Assembly: GCA_951406725.2 (NCBI GenBank)
Contig: OX597839.1
Span: forward strand, 7,068,001-7,132,000
Source: Octopus vulgaris
Taxonomy: Eukaryota
Direction: 5' to 3'
DNA: 64,000 bases
Positions within the stretch are counted from its first letter, which is position 1; each line of letters starts with the position of its first letter. Shown here in pieces: positions 28,251 to 45,033 of the stretch. The position numbers and the translations under genes are program-made. The notes below the pieces were generated by a model that was not told the origin of the DNA, made no database searches, and worked only from the letters and a program-made list of their open reading frames with translations.

Positions 28251-29234
28251 TTCCAGCTGCACTCGGTTTCGTCTAATACAGTGTGTATATGAAACGAAGC
28301 GGTTAGAAGGCAACATTATTTGAACTTACATCTGAGTCAAGCTTTAGTCCGAATGCAGAAATTGGGTTTTTTTCTATGGTGAACCTCTACTCCAACCATT
28401 GCTCGGGAGACCCGTGGTATGCAAGGGGTCTCAAGAAAGACTAGCTGTGATCCGCTCAGGAGTCTTTGCTATTAACATTGACGCCGTCTACGTTGTTGCG
28501 TCGTTGTGGTCCTTGTCCTCGACTTCGTAGTCTTCGTCGTCCTCATCATCATAATCTTTATCATCATCATCATCTTTATCATCATCATCGTCACTGTCAT
28601 CATCATCATCGTCATCAGCATCCTCCTCATCATCATCGTCGTCATTATCATCGTCCTCGTCATCGTCACAGTCCTCCCCTTCCTGCTCCGCCTCCTGCCC
28701 CTCCTCCTCATCTCCTCCTCATCCTCATCATCATCATCATCCCTTTCCTTCTTCGTCCTCTTCTTCTTCTTTTTCTTCTTCTTCATCCCCCCTCCTCATC
28801 CCTCTCGTCTTCCTGCTGTTCTTCCTCCTCTCTGCTCATCAAGGTGATCAGTAAGTATTATTAGAAACTTGCCAACTCCAGTTCAACGAAATCCTTTCAA
28901 ACGCCATCTTCGTCGAAATCCAACTTCCCGAGTCCATTCTTGCAAATATACAATACATACATCAAAAGCAAAATTTTCTTCTCCTGAACCTTTAAAATAC
29001 AACCGCAGATCCCCAGTTTACTATTTTGCCTGCGAAGATCTCCTTTGGTCACTATTTTATTCCGGTGGACTCCCATAGTCATTCAATGTTTAAAAACTAA
29101 TTTCATAAAGATTTCTTCCAAAAATCCCTACTTTGTTTTTCACACATTAACTTGTTTAGATTGAACTATATTAAAACGTTCGAGAAAGAGATGCATCTGT
29201 TTCTTGCAATATATACTAATATATACATCTAAAG

Positions 29235-29566
29235 CAGTGGTTTTCAACCAGGGTTCCGCAGAACCTTAGGGTTCCGCCAGTACAGTTCAGGGGTTCCGCA
29301 AGAAGTTACAAAACTGCTAAAATCGGCAGTAACTTTTAATTCTCCTGTACAGATATACTCTCTCTCTTTTACTTGTTTCAGTCATTTGACTGCGGCCATG
29401 CTGGAGCACCGCCTTTAGTCGAGCAACTCGACCCGCCACTTATTCTTTTTGTAAGCCCAGTACTTATTCTATCGGTCTCTTTTTGCCGAACCGCTAAGTG
29501 ACGGGGACGTAAACACACCAGCATCGGTTGTCAAGCAATGCTAGGGGAACAAACACAGACACACAA

Positions 29567-29611
<45 letters not shown>

Positions 29612-29851
29612 CATATATACGACAGGCTTCTTTCAGTTTCCGTCTACCAAATCCACTCACAAGGCATTTGTCGGCCCGGGGCTATAGCAGAAAACACTTG
29701 CCGAAGATGCCACGCAGTGGGACTGAACCCGGAACCACGTGGTTCCGGGTTTATGTGTGCATAAAACTATTAAATTATTGCGCAGGGGTTCCTCGAGCCA
29801 GTGGAATGTTTCCTTGGGGTTCCGCTCCAGTAAAAAGTTCGAAAAGCACTG
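29235..29851. mobile_element. Non-autonomous hAT (Charlie-like) DNA transposon/MITE
   Basis: TIRs CAGTGGTTTTCAACC and GTTCGAAAAGCACTG; perfect 8-bp TSD ATCTAAAG at 29227-29234 and 29852-29859; subterminal GGGTTCC repeats. Confidence 0.9.
29357..29750 (-). mobile_element. SINE family A nested in a hAT MITE
   Basis: Near-complete family A sequence lacking the first part of the head. Confidence 0.88.
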
Positions 29852-30129
29852 ATCTAAAGTAACATTTTTCGGGGACCCTTAAAATACTATTGTGGATCTT
29901 TTATTTACTATTTTGTTGTATGAAACCCAAGAATTTTATATAGACATCAATCGTTTTAGCTTTCCTATTTGTAGGAGTATGTGCCGGTATCTCCATTGTC
30001 GCTAAATGTTGAGTTCTTTAATCGTCTGTTAACTGGTAGATTATCTTCTCAGTTTGAACAAGAAGGGAATCGGAGGATTAGAGAGCGAAGAAATGGATTA
30101 AGATAACGAAGAGTGAAGTAAAGCGAGAC

Positions 30130-30136
30130 AGAATGA

Positions 30137-30182
<46 letters not shown>

Positions 30183-30205
30183 AGAGGTGACGAGAAGTAA
30201 AAGAT

Positions 30206-30248
<43 letters not shown>

Positions 30249-30568
30249 AACACACACATACATACATATATATACAGACAAACACACACATAGATATATG
30301 GATGGGGATGGAATGCTCACATATGTGAGGGAATTGGAACAGGATATCAAAAGAACGGGATATACAGAGACGTGAAATATGAAGGAAAAAGAAACACAGG
30401 GAGAGAGGGAGAGAGGGAGAGAAAAAGGCAGATAGAGGGACGGTGTGAGATTGATGGAATTGTTGTTGACGTTGTTATTGCATTGGTGTATGCTTGTGTA
30501 TGTGTGTATGTGTGTGTGTGTGTGCGCTTCTGTATGTAAATCTATATATACATGTACGCACACACAGA

Positions 30569-30602
<34 letters not shown>

Positions 30603-30802
30603 TACACACATACACACACACACACACGTACATTAGCCCAGAGATATTCCCACACAAACATACACACACACAAGCGGTAAAGACTAAATGAAATACACGG
30701 TGAAAGATGAGAAGAAGAAGAAAAAGAAGAAATGAAGAAGAAGAAATGAAGAAGAAGAAGAAATGAATAATAATAATAATGATGATGATGATGATGATGA
30801 TG

Positions 30803-30900
<98 letters not shown>

Positions 30901-31167
30901 AAGAAGAAGGAGGAGGAGAAGAAGAAGAAGAAGAAGAAAAAAAAGAAGACGAGGAAGAAGAAGAAGGAGAAGAAGAAGAAAAAGAAATGATAACGAAGAA
31001 GAAGAAGAAGAAAAAGAAGGAGGAGAAGAAGAAGACGAGGAAGAAGAAGAAGAAGAAGAAATGAAGAAGAAATGATGAAGAAAAGGAAGAGTAAAAGGAG
31101 AAAAAGAAGAGAATAAATAGAAAAGCAGCAAAAGTGGCAGTAGTCGTGGTAGCAGCAGCAGCAGCAA

Positions 31168-31206
<39 letters not shown>

Positions 31207-31629
31207 AAGAAGAAGAAGAAGAAGAAATAATGAAGAAGAAGAAGAAATAACGAAGAAGAAGAAATGATAACGAAGAAGAAGAAGGAGGTGAAAGAGAAGA
31301 ATTACAAGAACAAGAAGAGCAAGAAGGAGGAGTAGGAGAACAAAATTACAACAACAACAACAACAACATAATCAACACTATCGATAACAATAACAAGAAG
31401 AATGTTGTGAGAACGACAGATGAAAAATCGTGGGAAATATGGAAGTTATGAAGAGAAAAACACACAAGTCGATAAAAATACACAATTAAACACACGTACA
31501 CACACACACATACACACACACACACAAACACACACGCACACATACACACACACTCACACACACACATACACACACACACACATACACACACATACACACA
31601 CACATACACACACACACACACACACACAT

Positions 31630-31671
<42 letters not shown>

Positions 31672-31737
31672 GCACATACACACACACACTCACATACACA
31701 CCACACACACACACACATATATATACACACACGCACA

Positions 31738-31769
<32 letters not shown>

Positions 31770-31775
31770 TACACA

Positions 31776-31847
<72 letters not shown>
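30130..31847. repeat. (GA)n, (TA)n, (AAT)n, (GAA)n, (GTA)n and a long (CA)n tract
   Basis: Direct reading. Confidence 0.95.
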
Positions 31848-32226
31848 TTTCTAGGTTTGTTAGTTTGCTCACGTCTGTATGCTTTACATATTTCCCCTTA
31901 TTATATCCCTACGCAACGTTCTCAATTTTTTCCCCTTTATCTTCACACAACAACAACATACTGCTGCCACATTTCATACCATCTGAAATGGATATGATTT
32001 CCTCTTGAATTTCTTCAAGAAGTATATATCTCTCTGCAACTACATCTAACTTCACTTTTCTTCTTAGAATTACCCCCAAACTTTTCTTTCTTTCGTTATC
32101 TTACTCATTTCACAAATTATTTTTGCCTCTCCATCTTTTTATGTACCACTCCCTCTTTCTGGCTTTCTTCGTAATTTTCTATCGTATAGGGATTCGTAAT
32201 TTTCTATCGTATAGGGATTCTCAGAA

Positions 32227-32454
32227 GGCGGCGAGCTGGCAGAAACGTTAGCGCGCCGGGCGAAATGCTTAGTGGTATTTCGTCTGCGTTACGTTGTGAG
32301 TTCAAATTCCGCCGAGTTCGACTTTGCCTTTCATCCTTTCGGGGTCGATAAATTAAGTACCAGTTACGCACTGGGGTCGATGTAATCGACTTAATACCTG
32401 TCTGTCCTTGTTTGTCCCCTCTGTGTTTAGCCCCTTGTGGGTAGTAAGGAAATA
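32227..32454 (+). mobile_element. Family B SINE monomer
   Basis: Complete head and body; TSD GATTCTCAG; a 25-bp local tandem duplication (CGTAATTTTCTATCGTATAGGGATT twice) lies just upstream. Confidence 0.9.
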
Positions 32455-32610
32455 GATTCTCAGCCCAATTTTTACATGCGACTAATTAATAGTATTATCT
32501 GTGCTTCGAAATCCACCGTTCCTGAAAATAATTATTTCATATTCTAGCTCGAAGGTTTCTGATATAATTTTCACTACAATTCACCCAGTGGAATTTATTT
32601 AGAACTTTTT

Positions 32611-32688
<78 letters not shown>

Positions 32689-32722
32689 CACACAAACACA
32701 CACACACACTCACACACACACA

Positions 32723-33085
32723 TACTCTCTCTCTCTTTTACTCTTTTACTTGTTTCAGTCATTTGACTGCGGCCATGCTGGAGCACCGCCCTTAGTCGAA
32801 GAAATCGACCCCAGGACTTATTCTTTGTAAGCATCGTACTTATTCCATCGGTCTCTTTCGCCGAACCGCTAAGTTACGGGGAGGTAAACACACCACCATC
32901 GGTTGTCAAGTGATGTTGGGGCGGAGACAAACACAGACACACAAACATATATACACACATACACACAAATGGTCGGGCCGGAGCAATAGTAGAAGACACC
33001 TGCCCAAGGTGCCACGCAGTGGGACTGAACCCGGAACCTTGTGGTTGGGAAAGAAGCGTCTTACCACACAGCCACTCCGGCGTCT
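32723..33085 (-). mobile_element. SINE family A with internal deletion
   Basis: Tail, body and head are present; the middle GGATTTGGTAGACGGAAACTG segment is missing. Confidence 0.85.
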
Positions 33086-33287
33086 ATGTATATGTATACG
33101 TATAGGTACGTTGTGAGTTTAAATTACGCCGAGGTCGACTTTACCTTTCATCCTTTCGGGGTCGATAAATTAAGTACCAGTTACGCACTGGGGTCGATGT
33201 AATAGACCTAATACCTATGTCTGTCCTTGTTTGTCCCCTCTATGTTTAACCCTTTGTGGGTAATAAAGAAATAGGTATACCTACCTG

Positions 33288-33381
<94 letters not shown>

Positions 33382-33383
33382 CC

Positions 33384-33441
<58 letters not shown>

Positions 33442-33469
33442 ATATATATATATATATATATATTTATCC

Positions 33470-33520
<51 letters not shown>

Positions 33521-33522
33521 AA

Positions 33523-33559
<37 letters not shown>

Positions 33560-33766
33560 GTAAATGTCGAACAGTGAGAATAAGAGCGTAACACACCATT
33601 GTTTCTTTATTTGTGTATTAAGGCTACCATTAGTTTCACCTTAAGAAAAATATCTTAATATTCAAATGTGATGGACTTGAAAAACTTTTAAGATATTAAT
33701 ATATTTTTCTTAACAGGAAACGATTGGTAACCTTAATACACAGATTTATACATATATACATGTGTG

Positions 33767-33859
<93 letters not shown>

Positions 33860-33944
33860 GTGTGTGTGTGTGTAAGTGTGTGTGCGTGCTTGTGTGGTTC
33901 AGCATGGCTGCAGTCAAAGGAATGAAACAATATATATATATATG

Positions 33945-35115
33945 GAATACGAGAATTTTAATGGAGATAAAGCTGCTCAAGTATATAGTACAACTGTTTT
34001 TAGCTCATATATGAACTAAAGATTAATAAAAGAATGGCCAGTATTCCCTATACCATAAGCCGAATAAGGTAATACAATATGTAAATTGTAAATCAAATCA
34101 TCCCCGTAGCGTCATAAGCGCTATTGTAACTGAGGTATCCATCACAATATCAAATTTGTCTAGTAATGAAGATATATTTAATAATCATGCCATCCCCTGC
34201 CCTATATTATAAAGCACTCAGAAATTGTGGATTTAACCAGAAAATTTATTATATATCTAATTTTTTAAAACAAATTAAATAAGGATAAGTCAGTAATAAG
34301 CTACGAGATAAATTACCCAAATAAGCAGTTTGTGCATAAACCATATGGTTTTAGAAACACGAATTTTAGGTAGAGTGTTACTACTAATAAATATGGTAAT
34401 AAGAAATCTAGGAAACGGGATATAACTTTGTTCAATCCACCATTTTCCCTCCAAATTAGGAATCGCCCTAAATTATTTTATTAGAATGCTGAGAAAAACT
34501 TCCCCCAAGGGCATAAATACCACTCAGACATTGTTTGAAATTCTCATACTCGACAACTCCAAATTTAGGCACAATTATAGCAGCAAATAATAGATATAAA
34601 CTTAGTAATACTATTAATAATAGTTAAAATAAAGATCCTGTGGAGCCAGTTTCTAGCGAGACAAATTGTAGTATTGATACAGCGGATAGGAGTACCACTA
34701 CTAAATGCTTAAATAAAACTTGTAACTGCCGCACCTAGGAATTATGTCCTGCAGGAGGGAATTGCTTGAGAAATACGTAGTATATGAGTGCGAAGTTATC
34801 CTACGGGACACAGGAAAATTTATATAGGGAGTACTATTGATTTTAAAAATACATATAGGGGACACAAGAATTCATTTATAAACCCCAATATAAAATCCTC
34901 CACGACATTAGCGTCATACATTAACCACCTCAAATGACTAACATTGAATATAATTTAAGGTGATCGATAATTACTGAATGGGTATCATATAACACGCATA
35001 CAAAATCATGTAGGCTTTGCATAAAGGAATCGTGTAACATACTATATGCTAGTAATAGAAATAAAAACATATTATCAAATAAAATTACAGATGTCTTAGT
35101 ATGTTGTAAGCATTT
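33945..35115 (+). pseudogene. Decayed Penelope-like retroelement 3' half (RT thumb, Cys-rich linker, GIY-YIG endonuclease)
   Basis: Manual translation across frameshifts: YHKPNKVIQYVNCKSNHP..ISNLSSNEDIFN..YYKALRNCGF (about 34050-34240); RKRDITLFNPPFS (about 34410); CNCRT*ELCPAGGNCL (about 34722); YVVYECEV..YIGSTIDFKNTYRGHKNSF (about 34775-34880); CRLCIKE..CCKH (about 35010-35113). It starts right after a short (TA)n tract. Confidence 0.85.
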
Positions 35116-36791
35116 TTGATTTGTCTGTACTTATCTGTCCGCCTGTATATATGTCCGTCTGTGTGTAAGTATTACGTATGCATAATTATCGGATAAGATT
35201 TATTTCTCGTTTCCTTCCACACCTAATGCAGCCAAGACCATTACCGCTATTAACCGCTTCATGATTAATTAGAATTCCCTATTTATAGCAATATCATTAC
35301 CCTAATAGGGATGGAACCCAAATCCGCTCTATTAATTTTCATTCAAAGTATCAAGCATCTAATAATCCATGCAAAGCGTCATCGGCTGTGATTGAATTCA
35401 TGGACGATTTATAATTGCTATACCTGCTACTGTACTCCCTAGTATTCCCTTGGTACGAGGCAACAGCAGCAATAATAATAAAACCGATGATAATTATAAA
35501 AATAATATTAATAATGGTGGCTGCACTAATTGCAATGGTTATGGTAATAATGATAGCAATAATAATGGTTATAATAATATGAGTAATAATAACAGTCATG
35601 ATTTTAAAGATAATTATTACAATACGGATGTACGAATAATGCTGGCAATTGCGTTAAAAGTGGTTGCAGCAGATATAGTAATAGAATGGGGAATTGCCAT
35701 CATAGATGTAGTAATAACAACTATGATAATAATATTAGTTGTACTGGTGTGAATGATTTAGAAATGGTTATGACAATGACTACAACTGTAGTACTAGTAA
35801 CAATAATGGTATCTAGTATGATAATTTTGGAACACTTCAGGGAATAAGTAATGGTTATGATAACACCAGTACGAATTATGGTAATGTAAATGTTGATTGT
35901 GGCTAACACACACAATAATTCTGCCGATTATGGCTTTGTATCACAGAGAGGTATGGTTTTTGCAACCCGCAATATTTCTAACTCGATGTTAACTAGCTTA
36001 TGTAATTGTAAGAAGAAATATGAATGCCTATTAGGAAATAAATACCCGATCAAAAGCATTGTGCATAAATGTAATGTCAAAACTAATCTATATTATTTCA
36101 CTTGCGTAGATTCCACTTCTAGTTACAAAATGAGATAAATTTTTTGTCATCTCTCTCTATATATAAAGCAAAATCAACATTCCTCTCTGAGAAGGTCTGG
36201 GAGTTAAAGGACAGAAACGACGATTTTCATCTAAAGTGGAGCAACCCTAGACACGCTAAGCCTTTGGTTATTGATAGATATGGCTACAATTTCTTTTCAT
36301 TAGTCTAGTGTACACACTTATTTGTCTATGCCGATACCATCTTCGTGACAATGTGTTGACTATTTTCCCTATTTTGTTTGTATTTACGCATTAACAAGTT
36401 ATGATTGCTGGCAATGTGATTATGATCACCTCTACATACTAAATATTTTTTTTCCTTTTCCAACCTTTCCTCCTTCGTTCTCCTCTGAAAGTTCGTAGAG
36501 ATCTTTCTTAATCTGGAGTTTTCATTAAGTTATTTCTCCTGAATTATAATTAGCTGGATCAGAGCACTTTAAATGAAGGTGAAATTAGTAAAGGAATAGG
36601 TTACACTAGCATTAATTAACCATGTCATTTTTTAATGTTATAAACAATATAACACTGAAAATGTGTTTTAGAGTTTCGTCAGCAGCTGCCTTAGAATGTA
36701 ATTAGATACACTTAAGCATCATGCTTGGCACCTGTTAACTGTCGGTATAGAAGAATATTTTGCCAATTTCAAACATTACGTTTCTTAAACA

Positions 36792-37090
36792 GTGGAGGCG
36801 CAATGGCCCAGTGGTTAGGGCAGCGGACTCGTAGTCGTAGGATCACGGTTTCGATTCCGAGACCGGGCGTTGTGTATGTTTATTGAACGAAAACACCTAA
36901 AAGCTCCACGAAGCTCCGGCAGGGGGTGGTGATCCCTGCTGTACTCTTCCACCACTCTTTCTCTCTTTCTTCTGTTGGCCTGCTCGCTTAGCCAGCGGGG
37001 TGGCGTCATTTGAAGGCTAAAACAATGCGAGCGCATTGTGACCAGCGTTGTGTAGCAACATCTGATGGTCTGATGGTAATTCTGATGGGA
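36792..37090 (+). mobile_element. SINE with family C head and a third 3' module
   Basis: The first 170 bp or so match family C; the tail GGCCTGCTCGCTTAGCCAGC..CTGATGGT repeats is unrelated to tail X. Confidence 0.85.
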
Positions 37091-37321
37091 AATTGCATTT
37101 ATTGATGATCTCTTGTTTAAGGATCATGTCACTGTTCGCTTGTCTATTTGGTAAGCCTAATGAGCTGAGAGTTGCGTAACGTATTACTTAATTTTATGCA
37201 TATTGCGCATACTGCATAACTTACCCTACAGTGCTTACGACACCCATAACAAAATTATTGCAGTTGTACATGACTGCACATTCGTCTGTTTATATACGTG
37301 TGAATGGCTGTGTTTGTGTAG

Positions 37322-37742
37322 CCGTATTTCGTCTGCGGCTACGTTCTGAGTTCAAATCCCGCCGAGGTCGACTTTGCCTTTCATCCTACCGGGGTCGATA
37401 AATTAAGTACCAGTTACGCACTGGGGTCGATGTAATCGACTTAATCCGTTTGTCCTCTCTGTGTTTAGCTCCTTGTGGGTAGTAAAGCGATAGGTATATA
37501 TTTGTGTGTAAAGGTGGCGAACTGGCAGAATCGTTAGCACGCCGGACGAAATGCTTCGCGGTATTTCGTCTGCGTTACGTTGTAAGTTCAAATTCCGCCG
37601 AGGTCGACTTTGCCTTTCATCCTTTCGGGGTCGATAAATTAAGTACCAGTTACGCACTGGGGTCGATGTAATCAACTTAATACCTATGTCTGTCGTTGTT
37701 TGTCCCCTCTGTGTTTAGCCCCTTGTGGGTAGTAAAGAAATA
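37322..37742 (+). mobile_element. Two adjacent family B SINEs (headless copy plus full copy)
   Basis: The second copy (37512-37742) is flanked by the direct repeat GGTATATATTTGTGTGT. Confidence 0.88.
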
Positions 37743-38413
37743 GGTATATATTTGTGTGTGTATATAATGTGGGTATTCACGATTAATATAGCTACCGATG
37801 GTGTTGCTGCTGCTGCTGCTGCTGCTCGGAGCTCACACTAATATCAGGCGACTGTTGGATTGTTATGAGTGCAAAGAAAAGGGGCAGGGGACAATGTGCG
37901 TGCCACTGATCTTGAATAGTTAAAAGAGAAACAGTATTGATTTATCAGGTCTGGAATTACTCCTTCGGTTACATACAACATATATACATACTATAGCAGA
38001 CCTGCATAGGCATAACTACATAGACCCGAAGACACAGAAGCGCATAAATATACAAACACACTGCGTGATACTGAATCACACACGGATGTCGAAAAGCATG
38101 TGCAAACGTGTTTGCGTGTATGTCTGTATGTATGCATATCTGTGTGCGTTGTGTGTGTATGTGTGTGTGTGTGTGTGTGTGTGTTTGTGTGCCTTGCTGC
38201 GCATGGTTGTGCTTGCGGTACTGTTTCTCAGTGTGTCTACTTCTACTTGTTACCGTCTTATTTATAATGGATTACGCGCGCATTTTCGATTAGTCACGCC
38301 AATCACAAACGATTTCCAATTTTACACATATATACACACATGAATACGCACACACACACACACACATACATGCACATATACATGTATGAATATACATACA
38401 TACACGCATACTC

Positions 38414-38456
<43 letters not shown>

Positions 38457-38498
38457 GTATAAATATATATAAATGTATATATATGTATATATAATGTA

Positions 38499-38540
<42 letters not shown>

Positions 38541-38633
38541 TAAATTATATATACATATATTTATGAATGCATACACACACATACGTATGCACATGTATAT
38601 ATATATGTGTGTGTGTGTACGTGTGCGTGTATG

Positions 38634-38717
<84 letters not shown>

Positions 38718-39242
38718 TGTGTGCATATAAATATGTGTGTGTGCATATATATACATGTGTGTGTGTGTGTCTATGTACGTACGTATGTATGTATGCATAG
38801 TAAAAGTGCGATAAATGTTAAAATGATGAAAGGGAAAATACAGGATGCGACAAACAACGGATTAGCTGAAGGTTGGGATGGAAATGGAAAGTGTCCCAAC
38901 ATTTTTGGACACTGGTCTTTCACTAAAACAAGAAAGCAAGGAAAGAGAGCAAGATAGGAAGGGGAAGGGAAAGAAAAACTGTGACTAAAATGAGAAGAAT
39001 GAAATTTTGACAGTCAGAAATGAATTCGAAGAGTCTGTGAAGATCCTAGTGTAACTATGTGCTAATGTCTACTTTTTTTACTTGTTTCAGTCATGTGGCT
39101 GTGGCCATGCTGGAGCACCGCCTTTACTCGAGCAAATCGCCCCCCAGGACTTATTCTCCTACCTTGATACTTCTTGCCCGTGGTAAATCCAGTGGAACAA
39201 AGACAATTTTCTGCCTGCATGTATATACACACATATAAACAT

Positions 39243-39579
39243 ATAGACCCCCTTCGGTCATGAGTGACCATGGGATTGCACCTAGAAAGTTGCCCCCCTA
39301 GACACAAGTCTGGACAAGGTTGTTTATGGAAGACCAGCAGTCGCCCATGCATACCGGCCTCCGCTCTCCACGCCACCGGTGTTATCCAAGGGAAAGACAA
39401 AGGTCGATACAGCTTGGCACCTGTGATGTCGCAACTCATTTCTACAGCTGAGTGAACTGGAGCAACGTGAAATAAAGTGCCTTGCTCAAGATCACAACAC
39501 GCAGCCCGGTCCGGGATTCGAGCTCACAACTTCACGATCGTAAGCTCGACGCTCTAGCCACTGAGCCATGCGCCTTCAC
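39243..39579 (-). mobile_element. tRNA-derived CORE-like SINE, family D (head 2 plus tail Y)
   Basis: Minus-strand head GTGAAGGCGCATGGCTCAGTGG..TCGAATCCC, CORE-like CTTGAGCAAGGCACTTTATTTCAC; TSD ATATAAACA. Confidence 0.88.
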
Positions 39580-40230
39580 ATATAAACACACATATAAACC
39601 CCTACATTTGTACACACACGCTCATACATACATACATTCACTCCCACGCACGTACACACACACATTTACATATATATACAATACACGCACACACACACAT
39701 ACACACGTACAAACACACACTAATTCACATACACACCGACACATATACATACACACAACATATACCTCCACGCAGTAACACAAAGACAATTTTCAGAAAC
39801 AAATTAATTTTTGCGGTGGGGCTACGCCTCCTCAAAAACACAATTCTCGCTGCAAAGTGAGTCTTTACGCACGACCGCGAGGTTCAAAGAGATAAGATGG
39901 TAGGTAAATAGTGTATGAGAATGCATTCATCATATTGTTCGGAAAAGCGTTGTCGTAGAGATCGATTAGTTACGTCTAGCATTAAGGTATTTTTGTCTTT
40001 CAACCAAAAGGTTTATATAACAAGCATAGAGACATCGGACACATCCCCCGTGCATATAAATATACAGACATTCATACATGCACACACATATGAATAGTTC
40101 GATTAGAAATAAGAATTCAGGCTAAAAATGATCCGCATTCTATATTACAACACCATAATGTCATAGGCAACGCCATAATTATCAAGTGCACACGGCTAAT
40201 ATGACGACTGAGAGGCCGCAAATTCGTACT

Positions 40231-43400
<3,170 letters not shown>

Positions 43401-43517
43401 ACTCATAGCAACCAAATTAAATAGAGTCAGAAATGTACAGAAAAAAAATGAAGTCAAGCAAACGTAATGGTGTGTACTAAAAGTTGACTGACAACAATGA
43501 TGGACAGAGATCGTTCA

Positions 43518-43556
<39 letters not shown>

Positions 43557-43807
43557 GAGAGAGGAAGTAAAAGGGAGACAGAAAGAAAGAGAGATTATTG
43601 AAGTGAGAAAGTGAGAGAGAGAGAAGCACAGACAGAAGGGTGTAGTGAGAAAGTGAGAAAGGAGTAGTAGGACAGAGAGAGATGAGGGAGCTACATCACC
43701 TGATATAATCGAACCCATATATGTAACAGCAACCGCCGCCGCCATTAGCACACATCCATCTTCTCACCTACAGGTGTCTGTGTCCTCCTCAAATCAATAA
43801 CTTATAT

Positions 43808-45033
<1,226 letters not shown>

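Noticed and set aside
28869-29082. Short ORFs in a unique island as a possible exon
   Set aside because: No recognisable domain or convincing splice-site pair.
34720-35113. Selenocysteine recoding in the Penelope-like element
   Set aside because: The conserved Cys codons read TGT/TGC; the stops seen (TAG in the linker, TGA at a non-Cys position) accompany frameshifts and indicate decay.
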